IMG/VR virus record: IMGVR_UViG_3300032093_000087
Coordinates: 6,650-70,649 of that record
Source: a virus
DNA: 64,000 nucleotides
Strand: one strand, 5' to 3'
Shown one piece after another: positions 30,308 through 40,792 of this stretch (within the stretch, counting starts at the first letter, position 1; each line of letters opens with the position of its first letter). The notes under the pieces were generated by a model. The model worked only from the letters and a program-made list of their open reading frames with translations. It did no database searches and was not told the DNA's origin. A program made the translations under genes and the position numbers.

Positions 30308-30553
30308 TTAAATTAAAGTATTTGCTTTACCTCTAGTTGTTTTATATAATGAAGTCCATGTCACCTTATCATCTATTGTGTTAGCTACACTTCTGGTTAA
30401 TCCGGTTTCCCATTTTGTCACTGTTGGATATCCGGTTGTTGTACCAGCTGTTGATGTCCCCGCTCCAGTAGCTCCAGCGTCCTGTTCTTTGAATTCAGAA
30501 CGACCTAGGTCAATGTAATTATTCATTAATAAAATTATCTCGTCTAGATTCAT
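30308..30553 (-). CDS. Hypothetical protein
   Basis: ORF track; TATTTAT motif upstream. Confidence 0.65.
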   Translation of the reverse strand: MNLDEIILLMNNYIDLGRSEFKEQDAGATGAGTSTAGTTTGYPTVTKWETGLTRSVANTIDDKVTWTSLYKTTRGKANTLI

Positions 30554-30626
30554 AATACTTTTATGATAAATATTTTGATTTGAAATAAAAAAACAATATA
30601 TTTGTCAAATACTTAATATAAATTAT

Positions 30627-31133
30627 ATGAGAAAAATAATCAGTTTTGCCTTAGTGTCAATAGTTCTGTCCTCCTGTTTGAAATATGGTGAACCTGATTC
30701 ACTATCTTTAAATGGTGAATACCGTGTTGATAAAATAACCTATGAATTGACGGATAACTCTCAGACAACAAATTCTATGGTTTTTTATCCGGGTGATTTG
30801 TACGTCAACCCAAATGAAAAATTTCCTTTAGACACAATCGAGGTGGGATTCACACCAATTCATATTGATTACAGTATGATCAGGTTCAGACCAATTTTAA
30901 ACCCAGACGGATCTAAAGATTGGACTAAAGAGTATACTTATTATGTCCAAGGTCACAATAATATATATGATAATGGGTATATGACCTTCGATTGTGAGGG
31001 AACCCATAGGATTTGGAAAATTATCGACGACGGACTTGAGTCTTTGGTTCTTAGGACACAAAATTCTTGGTATAGTGGTAGTTCAGGTCCCTCAGAATCG
31101 ATAACAATTTACTTAACAAGGGTTGGTCCTTAA
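30627..31133 (+). CDS. Putative lipoprotein
   Basis: MRKIISFALVSIVLSSC lipobox; TATATTTG promoter upstream. Confidence 0.7.
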   Translation: MRKIISFALVSIVLSSCLKYGEPDSLSLNGEYRVDKITYELTDNSQTTNSMVFYPGDLYVNPNEKFPLDTIEVGFTPIHIDYSMIRFRPILNPDGSKDWTKEYTYYVQGHNNIYDNGYMTFDCEGTHRIWKIIDDGLESLVLRTQNSWYSGSSGPSESITIYLTRVGP

Positions 31134-31438
31134 ATAAATTCTGATTTTGGTATTCTGTTTGGATGTACTATGTAATACTCATTCATAAAATTAATTAGTA
31201 CATCCTCATCTACCGATTTAAACTCATCATCAAAGTCGTCAAACTCGTCATCTTCAACGTACTCGGTTAGAAAGTCATAATTTTCCTGTATTAAATCAAA
31301 CCCAAAATCAGTAGCTTCACCCAGACTAATTATATCTGTCCTTACCTCGTCCTCAGAATCAATACTCAACCTAAACGACACTTCAATAGTATTTGAGTCT
31401 TCATATATGTAATAAGATACAATCTCTTGTATTTCCAT
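31130..31438 (-). CDS. Acidic hypothetical protein
   Basis: ORF track. Confidence 0.7.
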   Translation of the reverse strand: MEIQEIVSYYIYEDSNTIEVSFRLSIDSEDEVRTDIISLGEATDFGFDLIQENYDFLTEYVEDDEFDDFDDEFKSVDEDVLINFMNEYYIVHPNRIPKSEFI

Positions 31439-31440
31439 TT

Positions 31441-32139
31441 TTAATTATACTTCTTAAATCTTCTAAACATGTCCAAGGACTCGTTTAGTTTCTCAATAAA
31501 CTCCGGTAGTATCTCCTCATCGACCTCCTCGAAGTCAATATTAACATCGTTAAAACCCTCATCATCTTTAGGTTCTAAAGTATCCCCCATGTCCAAGTCA
31601 GACATGTTAATTTTAAATTTATTCGATTTTGGGAATTCTTTCTCACTATAATCAACCCCACCTCTTAAATCCATGATGTATGGATCGTCAAATCCCTCAC
31701 CAAGTTCAATTTCAAAGTCATTATCACAATGATCACAAGAATCCACATCAACATCGTCATTAAAAAATTTACCTAGTGATACAAAATCAACATCATCATC
31801 CCCTGGGGATGGATAATCATCGTGGTATGAATCTGAATTAGCGTTCATATCCACCAAACTATCCATATCGACAGTACCATTTTTTAAATGGTTTTTACCA
31901 TCAGCGATTCTATCATGTCGATCAATGTCTTCATTAATATTCATGTTAGTGTAGGTCTTAACATTTCCTTTATTTGACACGGTAATTCCGTTTTTATCGT
32001 TTGCGAAGTCCTGAACATATAAAGGTTGTTTATTTTCACCTTTAGAGTATTCGGTAACATATCCGTCGTACACCGTTTTATGTTTGTCAAGAATATTTTC
32101 TCTCTCTTCTTTTGTTATTTTGAAAAAGTATTGGTTCAT
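31441..32139 (-). CDS. Acidic hypothetical protein
   Basis: ORF track; N-terminal ITKEERENIL resembles the N-terminus of 53386..54498. Confidence 0.7.
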   Translation of the reverse strand: MNQYFFKITKEERENILDKHKTVYDGYVTEYSKGENKQPLYVQDFANDKNGITVSNKGNVKTYTNMNINEDIDRHDRIADGKNHLKNGTVDMDSLVDMNANSDSYHDDYPSPGDDDVDFVSLGKFFNDDVDVDSCDHCDNDFEIELGEGFDDPYIMDLRGGVDYSEKEFPKSNKFKINMSDLDMGDTLEPKDDEGFNDVNIDFEEVDEEILPEFIEKLNESLDMFRRFKKYN

Positions 32140-32165
32140 AATAAATTTTTAATATAAATATATGT

Positions 32166-33005
32166 TTATTTCATCTTTTTTGATCCACCCTTAATGTTGG
32201 TCCATAATTTGAATAATTCCATTGAATCTCGTTTGATTATTTGGGTCATGTTCCTAAAATATCTTGAGTTGTATTCATCGTATTCCTCATCACTCATTTC
32301 CGAGTCGTCACTCTTGTCGTCCTTCATTTGTTTTTCAGCTCCTAGGACCATTACACGTTTAACATCATCGGCCATATCTAACATCATATCATAATATTCC
32401 TCAAAATCATCAAATATATCTGTATATTTGTGTTCATGTTCAATTCTTTCCCTACCTAAATAAAGGTATTGGGGTGACATCATCATATTTACTATCCCAG
32501 ATCTTCTAAGTAATTCAAAAAATTTAGATATTTTACCAACATCATAAAATTTAGATAAATCCACAAATTTTTGAGCTGGACCATTTTGATCCGCTTCCAT
32601 CAGAAAACGTTTTTTACTTTTTAATATATATCTTTCTGTTACCTGATTATCGACCCACTCAATTTTCCACCACTCATCGATCCATTTCAATTTTTCCGGA
32701 TTACCGGACTCAACAGATGAACAATTTTTATTTTCACAAAAATCTAAATCTGATTGATACTCTACCTTACATATTTTACAAAATTTACCGTCAATTAGAT
32801 CCAATGTAGGTCCAACTTTCCATTTTACTTGATATTGTTTTAATCCAAATACTGTATATACTTTCTCCACCTTTCCAGGTGTACCTTTTACCTTTTTTTC
32901 ACTTGACGGACCTTCTATAGTGTCGGACATTGATTTACAAACGACCATATCACCGATATTTAATGGAGCGTTTTCCGTTTTTATCATTCTCTTACCTTCA
33001 GACAT
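32166..33005 (-). CDS. Hypothetical protein with CxxC...C Zn-ribbon-like motif
   Basis: FCKICK...FCENKNC. Confidence 0.65.
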   Translation of the reverse strand: MSEGKRMIKTENAPLNIGDMVVCKSMSDTIEGPSSEKKVKGTPGKVEKVYTVFGLKQYQVKWKVGPTLDLIDGKFCKICKVEYQSDLDFCENKNCSSVESGNPEKLKWIDEWWKIEWVDNQVTERYILKSKKRFLMEADQNGPAQKFVDLSKFYDVGKISKFFELLRRSGIVNMMMSPQYLYLGRERIEHEHKYTDIFDDFEEYYDMMLDMADDVKRVMVLGAEKQMKDDKSDDSEMSDEEYDEYNSRYFRNMTQIIKRDSMELFKLWTNIKGGSKKMK

Positions 33006-33050
33006 TACTATTTTTATTAAATAAATATTAGGGATATTTATAATGTAGTT

Positions 33051-33671
33051 ATGAAAGTTTTAATATCACAAAATCAATATAAACACCTAGTACTCGAGAG
33101 TACCAATTCCAAGATTAGTAATGAATTGGAAAAAATGAAGTCGTTCACCAAAGATTTACTAATTAAGAGTAAAAAACAGTTGGGTTTTGATTTAAAATTT
33201 CTTTTAACCTGGGGAGCTACAATTGGGGGTTTAATGTCCCCTGTATCAGATTTTATATCTGGTGAGTATCCAGAACTATCAGATAAGGATTTAACATTAC
33301 TTACAGTTGGGTGTGTTCTAACTTACTTTACCGATAATAGGGAAAAACTAAATGTTGTCCTAGAAAAGATTAAAAAGGAAGGTCTTGTTGATGTTTTCGA
33401 TTCAATGTTATTGAAAGTTGACGAATTAAAAAATACTTTTATTTCTTTTATTGATAGTTTATCAATTACCACTCATTCATTGAGTAATATGTTAGCTTAC
33501 ACCTTTTTAATTCCAATACTACCACAATTATACGATATGTCAGTGTCTGGTGTTGATACTAACGATATTAATGAAATAACAAAAAGAATTGTTTTATTTT
33601 TTGGGTCCACGGTCTCTGGGATAACAATCAAAGAAATTATATCAAAGATTGTTGGTAAATTTAAAAACTAA
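33051..33671 (+). CDS. Leader-family membrane protein
   Basis: MKVLISQNQY..LVLE; several hydrophobic helices. Confidence 0.7.
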   Translation: MKVLISQNQYKHLVLESTNSKISNELEKMKSFTKDLLIKSKKQLGFDLKFLLTWGATIGGLMSPVSDFISGEYPELSDKDLTLLTVGCVLTYFTDNREKLNVVLEKIKKEGLVDVFDSMLLKVDELKNTFISFIDSLSITTHSLSNMLAYTFLIPILPQLYDMSVSGVDTNDINEITKRIVLFFGSTVSGITIKEIISKIVGKFKN

Positions 33672-34072
33672 CCAGCTGTAGTTACCACATGTAACCCGAC
33701 CTCCAGTGTTAATGAACCTAATGACATGTTTATATATGGCGTTGTTGTCCATACTTGACCAGATTCATTTTTAACCACATTTAACTCACCATCAAACGAA
33801 ATATTATTAAATGACCCAGATAATTTGTCAACATAAAAATTTATGTTATCAACTAATGACGAAACTTCATATTCACACTCATCACAATCAACATCAAGTA
33901 ACTTAACATAAATAATAAATTCGTAAACTGTATTACCATCTGTGGAATAGTCGTGTATATCATAGTCCCATTCAGCTTGATCCCTGAGAACTGAGTGTAA
34001 TCCGGATCTAGCAATCATCATTTGTTTTATAAAACCTACTTTGTTTTTATATCTTTCTTTATATCTACTCAT
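33668..34072 (-). CDS. Hypothetical protein
   Basis: ORF track. Confidence 0.65.
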   Translation of the reverse strand: MSRYKERYKNKVGFIKQMMIARSGLHSVLRDQAEWDYDIHDYSTDGNTVYEFIIYVKLLDVDCDECEYEVSSLVDNINFYVDKLSGSFNNISFDGELNVVKNESGQVWTTTPYINMSLGSLTLEVGLHVVTTAG

Positions 34073-34689
34073 TGTTTATTTTTCATCATTAACAATTTAT
34101 TTATAATTTTTTCAGACTGTGAGTCAGTTAAACGGTGTAAATCCTTATGAGTTTTATACCAATTCCTAACAATTTCCTCAAATGGTTTTCTTGTCAACTT
34201 TGATAACCGGTTAAATCCAAATATCTGAGCGTCCATTTCATGTGGTTGTAGGTAATATTTGTATGGATCAGTCTCATCTTTTTTATTTAAATCAAACATA
34301 CCTTTATTTTTTTGGTCCACATGTCTAATTTCATGAGCTACGATCTCATTTAACTCACCAATCAGATCATAAGCCATCACCCTTTTATTTTTTGGGTTGT
34401 ACTCCAGGTTAATTTCGATTATTTCCTCCTCACCATAGTAATTCGCGTCAACTCTAAAGTTATCAATTGACTCATTTATCGACATTTTAAATTCAATCGT
34501 CAAACTTTCATTCAATCCAGGAAAATCATATATCATAATACGATCCTCAAAATACTCTGGTAAATAAAAGTCACCCTCCTCATTATCCTTAAATACAATA
34601 ATAAGATCTTTTACTATTTTTCTAATAACTTCACGTCTTCTATTGTCCTCGATTAATACGGTTTCCATTATAATTTTTTTCAAATTCAT
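34069..34689 (-). CDS. Zincin-like metallopeptidase
   Basis: AHEIRHVDQ plus Y...PHEMDA third-ligand motif. Confidence 0.65.
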   Translation of the reverse strand: MNLKKIIMETVLIEDNRRREVIRKIVKDLIIVFKDNEEGDFYLPEYFEDRIMIYDFPGLNESLTIEFKMSINESIDNFRVDANYYGEEEIIEINLEYNPKNKRVMAYDLIGELNEIVAHEIRHVDQKNKGMFDLNKKDETDPYKYYLQPHEMDAQIFGFNRLSKLTRKPFEEIVRNWYKTHKDLHRLTDSQSEKIINKLLMMKNKQ

Positions 34690-34755
34690 AACAATAAATA
34701 CAAATCTAATTTGATTATTAACCCTAATATACGTATTTTTGTAAAAAATTAAACA

Positions 34756-35178
34756 ATGGAATTATTAAACTCACACCCAATTAAGAAGTCCGATTTAGGT
34801 TTTCATGGTAATTTATTTGGTGGTAAACTTTTAGCTTGGATTGACGCTTCCGCCGCTGGTTACGCAATGCAGTTATGTGACACCCCCAGGATGGTAACAG
34901 TATCAATTGACAAGTGTAACTTTGAAAAACCAGCTAGGGAAAGTCAGTTACTAAAAATATATGGAAAACCTTCCGATATTGGTCATACCTCGGTTACATT
35001 ATACATGGAAGCTAGAGCACATAACGTATATACTGGAAAACAAGTGTTGGTATTAAAAACACAAATAAAATTTGTCCATATTGATGAGGAGGGGAACCCA
35101 ATCCCAATTGGAGAAAAAGGTAAAAATAGAATAAATAGAATAATTGAATTGGAGAACAACAATGAGAAAGAAGTTTGA
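34756..35178 (+). CDS. Acyl-CoA thioesterase (hotdog fold)
   Basis: DLGFHGNLFGGKLLAWID..A...A...MVTVSID...F.KP; FVHIDEEG.P. Confidence 0.9.
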   Translation: MELLNSHPIKKSDLGFHGNLFGGKLLAWIDASAAGYAMQLCDTPRMVTVSIDKCNFEKPARESQLLKIYGKPSDIGHTSVTLYMEARAHNVYTGKQVLVLKTQIKFVHIDEEGNPIPIGEKGKNRINRIIELENNNEKEV

Positions 35179-36124
35179 TTTTAATGATATAACCCTACTA
35201 CCTAATTTTAGTTTAGTTGAGAGTAGGTCAGAATGTGATACAACCTGTACATTTGGTAATCACCATTTTAAATTACCAATAGTACCGGCAAACATGGAAA
35301 GTATAATCAATGTGGATTTAGCTATTAAATTGTCACAAAAGGGGTACTTCTACATATTACATAGGTTTGATGTTGATGAGGTGTCGTTTGTTCAATATAT
35401 GACAGACCATAATCTAATATCGTCAATATCGATTGGTGTAAATGAGGAATCGTATAAACTTATTGATGAACTTTTATCCAGGGATCTAATACCACATTTT
35501 ATAACTATAGATATCGCTCACGGACACTCAATCAAGATGAAAAAAATGGTTGAGTATGTTAAAAACAAATTACCTGGTGTATTTTTAATTGGTGGGAACG
35601 TTTGTACCCCAGAAGCTGTAATAGATCTTGAGTCCTGGGGGTGTGATTCGGTTAAATGTGGTATTGGTGGGGGATCCGCTTGTACAACTTACCACTCAAC
35701 CGGATTTGGAAACCGGGGATGGCAGGCTTCGATGATCGAAGAGTGTGTTTCTGTAGCTAGAAAACCAATTATAGCTGATGGATCAATTAAAGAACATTGT
35801 GACATCACAAAAAGTCTTGTTTTAGGAGCTTCTATGGTTATGGTTGGTGGAATGTTATCAGGATACGTAGATTCACCTGGAGAGAAGGTTAAAAACGTAA
35901 TAGACGGACACTGGTATAAGGAGTTCTGGGGGAGTGCTTCATCGTCCCAATCAGGTAAAACAAATAGAATAGAAGGTATTAGAAAATTAGTCCCTTACAA
36001 GGAGATATCTGTATTTGAAAAATTACGTGAGATCGAGGAGTCTTTACAAAGTTCAATATCTTACGCTGGTGGGGATCATAAAACATTAAAAAGTTTGGAT
36101 TTAGTGAAGTACGTCATTAAATGA
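35144..36124 (+). CDS. guaC: GMP reductase
   Basis: FDFNDITL.P, PIVPANM, ITIDIAHGHS, GNVCT, KCGIGGGSACTT, IIADG, LQSSISYAG; start may be ATG at 35162. Confidence 0.85.
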   Translation: MNWRTTMRKKFDFNDITLLPNFSLVESRSECDTTCTFGNHHFKLPIVPANMESIINVDLAIKLSQKGYFYILHRFDVDEVSFVQYMTDHNLISSISIGVNEESYKLIDELLSRDLIPHFITIDIAHGHSIKMKKMVEYVKNKLPGVFLIGGNVCTPEAVIDLESWGCDSVKCGIGGGSACTTYHSTGFGNRGWQASMIEECVSVARKPIIADGSIKEHCDITKSLVLGASMVMVGGMLSGYVDSPGEKVKNVIDGHWYKEFWGSASSSQSGKTNRIEGIRKLVPYKEISVFEKLREIEESLQSSISYAGGDHKTLKSLDLVKYVIK

Positions 36125-36544
36125 TCACCATGTTCTACAAGCCCAGTATCTAGGTTTCCATCTAGGTCCTGGATTATCACAATTATGTCTGGCCCTGAAC
36201 GATTTTCGTCGTTCGGGGTTATTCTTTTTAATTGTCATTCGTTTACCTTTTGCTGATTTACCACCAAAACCAAAATTTACTTTAACAACCTTACCTTTGT
36301 CATTTTTTACGTAAACTTTAAACTTCTTAATGTCACCCTGCATTATTTTACCTAGTTGTACTTTTCTACCCTGGTACTCAGCTTCGTTTAGGTACCCAAC
36401 CTCCTCAACAGAACCATAAACATCCTCATACAGATATACATCAAATTCCTCTTTGATGATTTTATGAAGTATTTTTTTTATTTGTGATTCATTAATCATA
36501 AAATCTTTTGTTAATATTCGATATTTATTATTATAAATACACAA
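36125..36544 (-). CDS. Conserved-looking phage protein with basic C-terminal domain
   Basis: AEYQGRKVQL...KKFKVYVKN...RKSFRARHNC...RYWACRTW, a pattern recalled from large T4-like phages. Confidence 0.65.
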   Translation of the reverse strand: MCIYNNKYRILTKDFMINESQIKKILHKIIKEEFDVYLYEDVYGSVEEVGYLNEAEYQGRKVQLGKIMQGDIKKFKVYVKNDKGKVVKVNFGFGGKSAKGKRMTIKKNNPERRKSFRARHNCDNPGPRWKPRYWACRTW

Positions 36545-36568
36545 TATTTATAATTAAAATCATTACAT

Positions 36569-37102
36569 ATGAAAAAAATTAAATTAACTGAAGATACGTT
36601 ACGTAGAATTGTTAAAAGGGTTTTATCTGAATCCGAAATGTCCGGTAATTCAGAAAAGAAGGAAGAAACAAAACCAAGGTGTTTACCAGAAAATACAATG
36701 CCCCTCGATGAGATTGTTGGTAAAGCTGGGGACTATATAAAATATTCACCAGGTATTAAAAAAAGATCTGGAGGTGTGAATTCTATGGTCGATACACTTG
36801 GTATTTTAAATAATATTAGATGGACTAACGATATAAATGACGGTGGGACTCATTTAGCTTTTGAAATGATGAACGGACTAAATAAGTTTAGAAATAAAAA
36901 CTATTATGATGAAACTAGTGGTGAATGTCATAAAGCTATGGATAAAATCTTAGAACTGTATAAAGAAAATGAACACGGTACTGAATTAGTTAAAGACATT
37001 GAGAAAGTTTTAAATCTACAAACTAGGGACGACGAACAAACTCCATCAGCAAGAGCTAAAGAGTACTTAAAACAATGTGTTAATATTGTTAAAGGAAATT
37101 AA
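36569..37102 (+). CDS. Leader-family hypothetical protein
   Basis: MKKIKLTEDTLRRIVKRVLSE. Confidence 0.75.
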   Translation: MKKIKLTEDTLRRIVKRVLSESEMSGNSEKKEETKPRCLPENTMPLDEIVGKAGDYIKYSPGIKKRSGGVNSMVDTLGILNNIRWTNDINDGGTHLAFEMMNGLNKFRNKNYYDETSGECHKAMDKILELYKENEHGTELVKDIEKVLNLQTRDDEQTPSARAKEYLKQCVNIVKGN

Positions 37103-37177
37103 TAATCTTTAATTAGGACCGTTACCGTTATCGGTAACACGAAAGGGACAATTCGCTACTGTCCCTTTTTTTATTAC

Positions 37178-37438
37178 ATGATATTTATATTAAAAACAAT
37201 TATGATGAAGAATTATTGGAAACCAACACCGAAAAAGTGGAGAAAACTTGGTGATTCTCTATTAGCTGTCGCGACTATAATAGCTGTTGGTGGTATTTGG
37301 CAATTTGACAGTCTAAAAGAGTTATTTACCACAAATGAACTAAAAATAATGATAATTTCATCAATAGTGTTAGGTGTTATTGGTAAATTTTTAACAAATT
37401 TCTTTAAGGAAGACGAAACACCAAGTGAAAATTCTTAA
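37178..37438 (+). CDS. Small two-TM holin-like protein (start probably ~37202)
   Basis: YWKPTPKKWRKLGD followed by two TM helices ending GKFLTNFF. Confidence 0.55.
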   Translation: MIFILKTIMMKNYWKPTPKKWRKLGDSLLAVATIIAVGGIWQFDSLKELFTTNELKIMIISSIVLGVIGKFLTNFFKEDETPSENS

Positions 37439-37481
37439 TTTTATTTACATTTAATAATTTTTTTCACTATATTTGTGGTGT

Positions 37482-37637
37482 ATGAGTGATAAAAAGGTAA
37501 AAAAACCAGTGGAACACAAAAAAAGTGAATTATCCTTCAAATACGATGATTGTACCGTTATATGGAGGTTTGATAACCATAAAACAACTACGGGACCATA
37601 TGAAGTTGAGGTCAAATATAAAAAATCAAACAAATAA
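37482..37637 (+). CDS. Small hypothetical protein (51 aa), not in the ORF track
   Basis: MSDKKVKKP...EVEVKYKKSNK, 6 nt after TATATTTG. Confidence 0.5.
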   Translation: MSDKKVKKPVEHKKSELSFKYDDCTVIWRFDNHKTTTGPYEVEVKYKKSNK

Positions 37638-37638
37638 T

Positions 37639-37869
37639 TTACAATTTTAAGTTTCTTTTGTTAAAATAATCTTTGATTACCCTCAATTGGTCTGAAATGT
37701 TTGGGGTTTTACCATTATTTTGTTTTTTAATCATTTGGTTATTCATTTTGATGATGTCTTTTGTCATTTTTATTAGATCAGACCCAAAATTTTTCCACCA
37801 AACGTACACCATCAGTAAAAAAACAATAAAAGCTATTAGTAATAATGATAAAAGGATATTTAATAACAT
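37639..37869 (-). CDS. Small membrane protein
   Basis: N-terminal TM helix. Confidence 0.55.
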   Translation of the reverse strand: MLLNILLSLLLIAFIVFLLMVYVWWKNFGSDLIKMTKDIIKMNNQMIKKQNNGKTPNISDQLRVIKDYFNKRNLKL

Positions 37870-37965
37870 ATTTTTTTATTTTTATAACAATACGATAGTA
37901 ATTACCGGGAAAATGTAAATGACATAGGTTGATTCTTACCCATTTGTATTGTATATTTAAAAAGT

Positions 37966-38244
37966 ATGAGAAACAATAAGGAACTACTCCAAAAAATGAT
38001 TAATTTACCTCTACGTGGTGAATTAATGTCTATGTTTGGATCCGGAAGTACCCTACACATTGACAGACTCGACTATATCTCAAGTAAAAAATCTCACATG
38101 GTTCATGTTAGACTATTATTAACAGATGTAGAATTAGGAATGGACCTTTTTCCGGATGGAGTTGAGGTATTAGTTAAAAAAGCTTGGAAAATACTGACTC
38201 AAAACGATAAAATTATCATTGTTTCTAGTGTTGACGTTAAATAA
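37966..38244 (+). CDS. Hypothetical protein
   Basis: ORF track. Confidence 0.6.
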   Translation: MRNNKELLQKMINLPLRGELMSMFGSGSTLHIDRLDYISSKKSHMVHVRLLLTDVELGMDLFPDGVEVLVKKAWKILTQNDKIIIVSSVDVK

Positions 38245-38246
38245 AT

Positions 38247-38837
38247 CTAATCCCACCACCACCTCATTCTTTCTTTTAAAATTTTAAACAATAAATCGTG
38301 GGATTTTTTTTCATTATGTTTTGAAACATAGTAACATAAGTCTTTTTTAGTTAGATCAGGTCTTTCTTTTAATACTTTACGAACACTTGACGGGTATTTT
38401 TTTAAAAACTCATCATATTTCTCACTTAAAACATCTATTTCTAACGATGTAAGGTTTTCACTACCCTCAACAGGTTCAAATCTGAATTTAGATTCCTCAT
38501 AATCATGATACTCAGTTCCATAATATTCTTCTTTTACCCTTTCTATAAGATTTAAAACAATTGTCATATCACGATTATCACGATCAACCTGTGTGTGACG
38601 ATTTGCGTAGATAATTTCCTTTCTTTGGAATTCTATCTTCTTTTGGAGAATTGTGAATATGTACCAATCGTCCCAATCTTTGTCTTTGTATAGAGTTGGA
38701 GCCCACCTGATAATGTTTTTACACCCCTCAATAAAATATCTTATTCTCCAATGAAGGTTTCTCCAAATATAAGCTGAAATAGTCTTTCTATTCCAAGAAG
38801 AATCTTCAGGTATCGTTAGTTTTTTGTAATTTTTCAT
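38247..38837 (-). CDS. Hypothetical phage protein ending WWD
   Basis: IIRWAPTLYKDKDWD...MRWWWD. Confidence 0.75.
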   Translation of the reverse strand: MKNYKKLTIPEDSSWNRKTISAYIWRNLHWRIRYFIEGCKNIIRWAPTLYKDKDWDDWYIFTILQKKIEFQRKEIIYANRHTQVDRDNRDMTIVLNLIERVKEEYYGTEYHDYEESKFRFEPVEGSENLTSLEIDVLSEKYDEFLKKYPSSVRKVLKERPDLTKKDLCYYVSKHNEKKSHDLLFKILKERMRWWWD

Positions 38838-39026
38838 TTTTTTTATCTTTCCACTCTAGGTATACGGAGAATACAACTAAAAAGTTCACAAGTAAACATA
38901 AAAAGATTTCAAAAATATAATGTAAATCAACCATTGTCACACCTACATGGGTACCAAACCACATAAATGATCCATATCTATTCATTATTGTTATCAATAA
39001 ATGTTTAAAAAACTCTATCATAATTT

Positions 39027-39584
39027 TTATTTTACCGTTGGGAACACTTCATCAGTTAAAAAATAACTAAACAACGATTTAAGTGATTTAGGGTCCTTAT
39101 CCGGATTCATACTGGACAATTCTTCGAAGAATTTATTTGATGACTCCTTAAAATCGTCCAAATTTGATATTACATAATCAACCAAAAGTCCTTTTGGGGT
39201 TATGGCAAATGATATTATGTACATTTTATCCTCTTCCCAACCGATCTGACCACCAATACTAACCATCCCGTCTAGTTTTGGGTCACTTTCAATTTCCTCA
39301 TCATCCAGATCCATGGTCTCATCATAAATAAATTTTAAATCATGTAGTTCTGGTATTTCAGATGTTATGACCATACCATATCTATCATCATATTCATCTA
39401 CATCTTTAAAATCGTCTAGTTCACCCCCTTTTTTTAGGTGTTTTTGATACTTACGATATAGTGTCAATTCTGACGGTCTTAAAGATTCTATCCCACCAGA
39501 TTTTATTTTCTTCACTAGGTCAAAGAATACATCTTCATTTTCCATTAATAAACCTATTTGGGATTCTGTTAATATTATTTTCAT
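39027..39584 (-). CDS. Leader-family hypothetical protein
   Basis: MKIILTESQIGLLME. Confidence 0.75.
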   Translation of the reverse strand: MKIILTESQIGLLMENEDVFFDLVKKIKSGGIESLRPSELTLYRKYQKHLKKGGELDDFKDVDEYDDRYGMVITSEIPELHDLKFIYDETMDLDDEEIESDPKLDGMVSIGGQIGWEEDKMYIISFAITPKGLLVDYVISNLDDFKESSNKFFEELSSMNPDKDPKSLKSLFSYFLTDEVFPTVK

Positions 39585-39764
39585 TACTTTTATAGATAAA
39601 TATTTTGGTTATATCAAAAAAACCAGTTATATTTACGGTATAAAATTTTGTATTATGATAAGAAACACATTAATTATTTCGGTAACAGGGTACATTACTT
39701 ATGTTTGTTATGACTACATTAGAGTAGTGGTAGACGTGGTTAATAATGTAGTTGAGTTTTTTTC

Positions 39765-40211
39765 TTAGGATTTTTTCTTTTGTTCTGGTTCAGGTTCTTT
39801 GAACTTTTGATCAACAATCGACCCTAATGACGCTATTGAACTCTTATAAGAGTCATAACTTGATATAGCTCTACCTAAATGACCCAACAACTCATTTTTT
39901 TTGTCATCCGGAATATCTGATTCACTTATATCAACCTGAGCGTACTTTAGATCCTTCATTACATCAGCGTAAGCCATTTCATATCTCTTTGATTTGGATA
40001 CAGCTCTCTTTAATATATTTAATTGTCTATAGTAGTTATACCCTTCACCTTTCCATAGACCCTTAAATCCTTGTCTAATGTTACCAAATCTTAGTCTACC
40101 TAAGTCACTAACAAAATCACCAATAGCCCCCTCCTCAATCTCTGATTCGGACTGAACACGTTCAACAATACGTTTGAGGTCTGATTCTGTAAGTCTAATT
40201 ATTTTTTTCAT
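39765..40211 (-). CDS. Leader-family hypothetical protein (start moved to MKKIIRLTESDL)
   Basis: Leader motif; TATTTAT immediately upstream of ATG 40211. Confidence 0.75.
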   Translation of the reverse strand: MKKIIRLTESDLKRIVERVQSESEIEEGAIGDFVSDLGRLRFGNIRQGFKGLWKGEGYNYYRQLNILKRAVSKSKRYEMAYADVMKDLKYAQVDISESDIPDDKKNELLGHLGRAISSYDSYKSSIASLGSIVDQKFKEPEPEQKKKS

Positions 40212-40284
40212 ATTATAATAAATATCAACAATAAATATTTTACTATTTAAAAAAGTTTGTTTATAATTATACCAAAAACATATT

Positions 40285-40710
40285 ATGAGTAAAATTGAAA
40301 CAAACAGCACGGTGACTGTTCATTACACCGGAAAACTAGATGATGGGACTGTGTTTGACTCATCTTTAACTGAAGGTCGTGAACCGTTAACAGCTACTTT
40401 AGGTCAAGGACAATTAATTCCTGGGTTTGAATCTGGTCTAATTGATATGACAATTGGTGAAACTAAAACAATTGAAATTGACCCATCTAACGCGTATGGT
40501 GAGGTTAACCCAGAATTAGTACAGGAAGTTGAGTTAAGTCGAGTTCCTGAAGGTGTAGCTGTTGATCACATGTTACAAGCTAACACCCCGATGGGTCTTA
40601 TGAACTTCAGAGTTGTTGAGGTTAAGGAAGATACTGTGTTATTGGATGGTAATCACCCTTTAGCTGGTAAAAAATTAATATTTGATTTAGAAGTAGTTGG
40701 TGTCCAGTAA
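40285..40710 (+). CDS. FKBP-type peptidyl-prolyl isomerase (SlyD/FkpB-like)
   Basis: VTVHYTGKLDDGTVFDSS...G.GQLIPGFE...AYG...DGNHPLAGK.L.FDLEV. Confidence 0.95.
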   Translation: MSKIETNSTVTVHYTGKLDDGTVFDSSLTEGREPLTATLGQGQLIPGFESGLIDMTIGETKTIEIDPSNAYGEVNPELVQEVELSRVPEGVAVDHMLQANTPMGLMNFRVVEVKEDTVLLDGNHPLAGKKLIFDLEVVGVQ

Positions 40711-40792
40711 TTGGATACCAACTTTTTTTATTCAAAAACTTGTATATTAAAAAAAAACCGGTATATTTGTTTAAATATTAAATTAATATACT

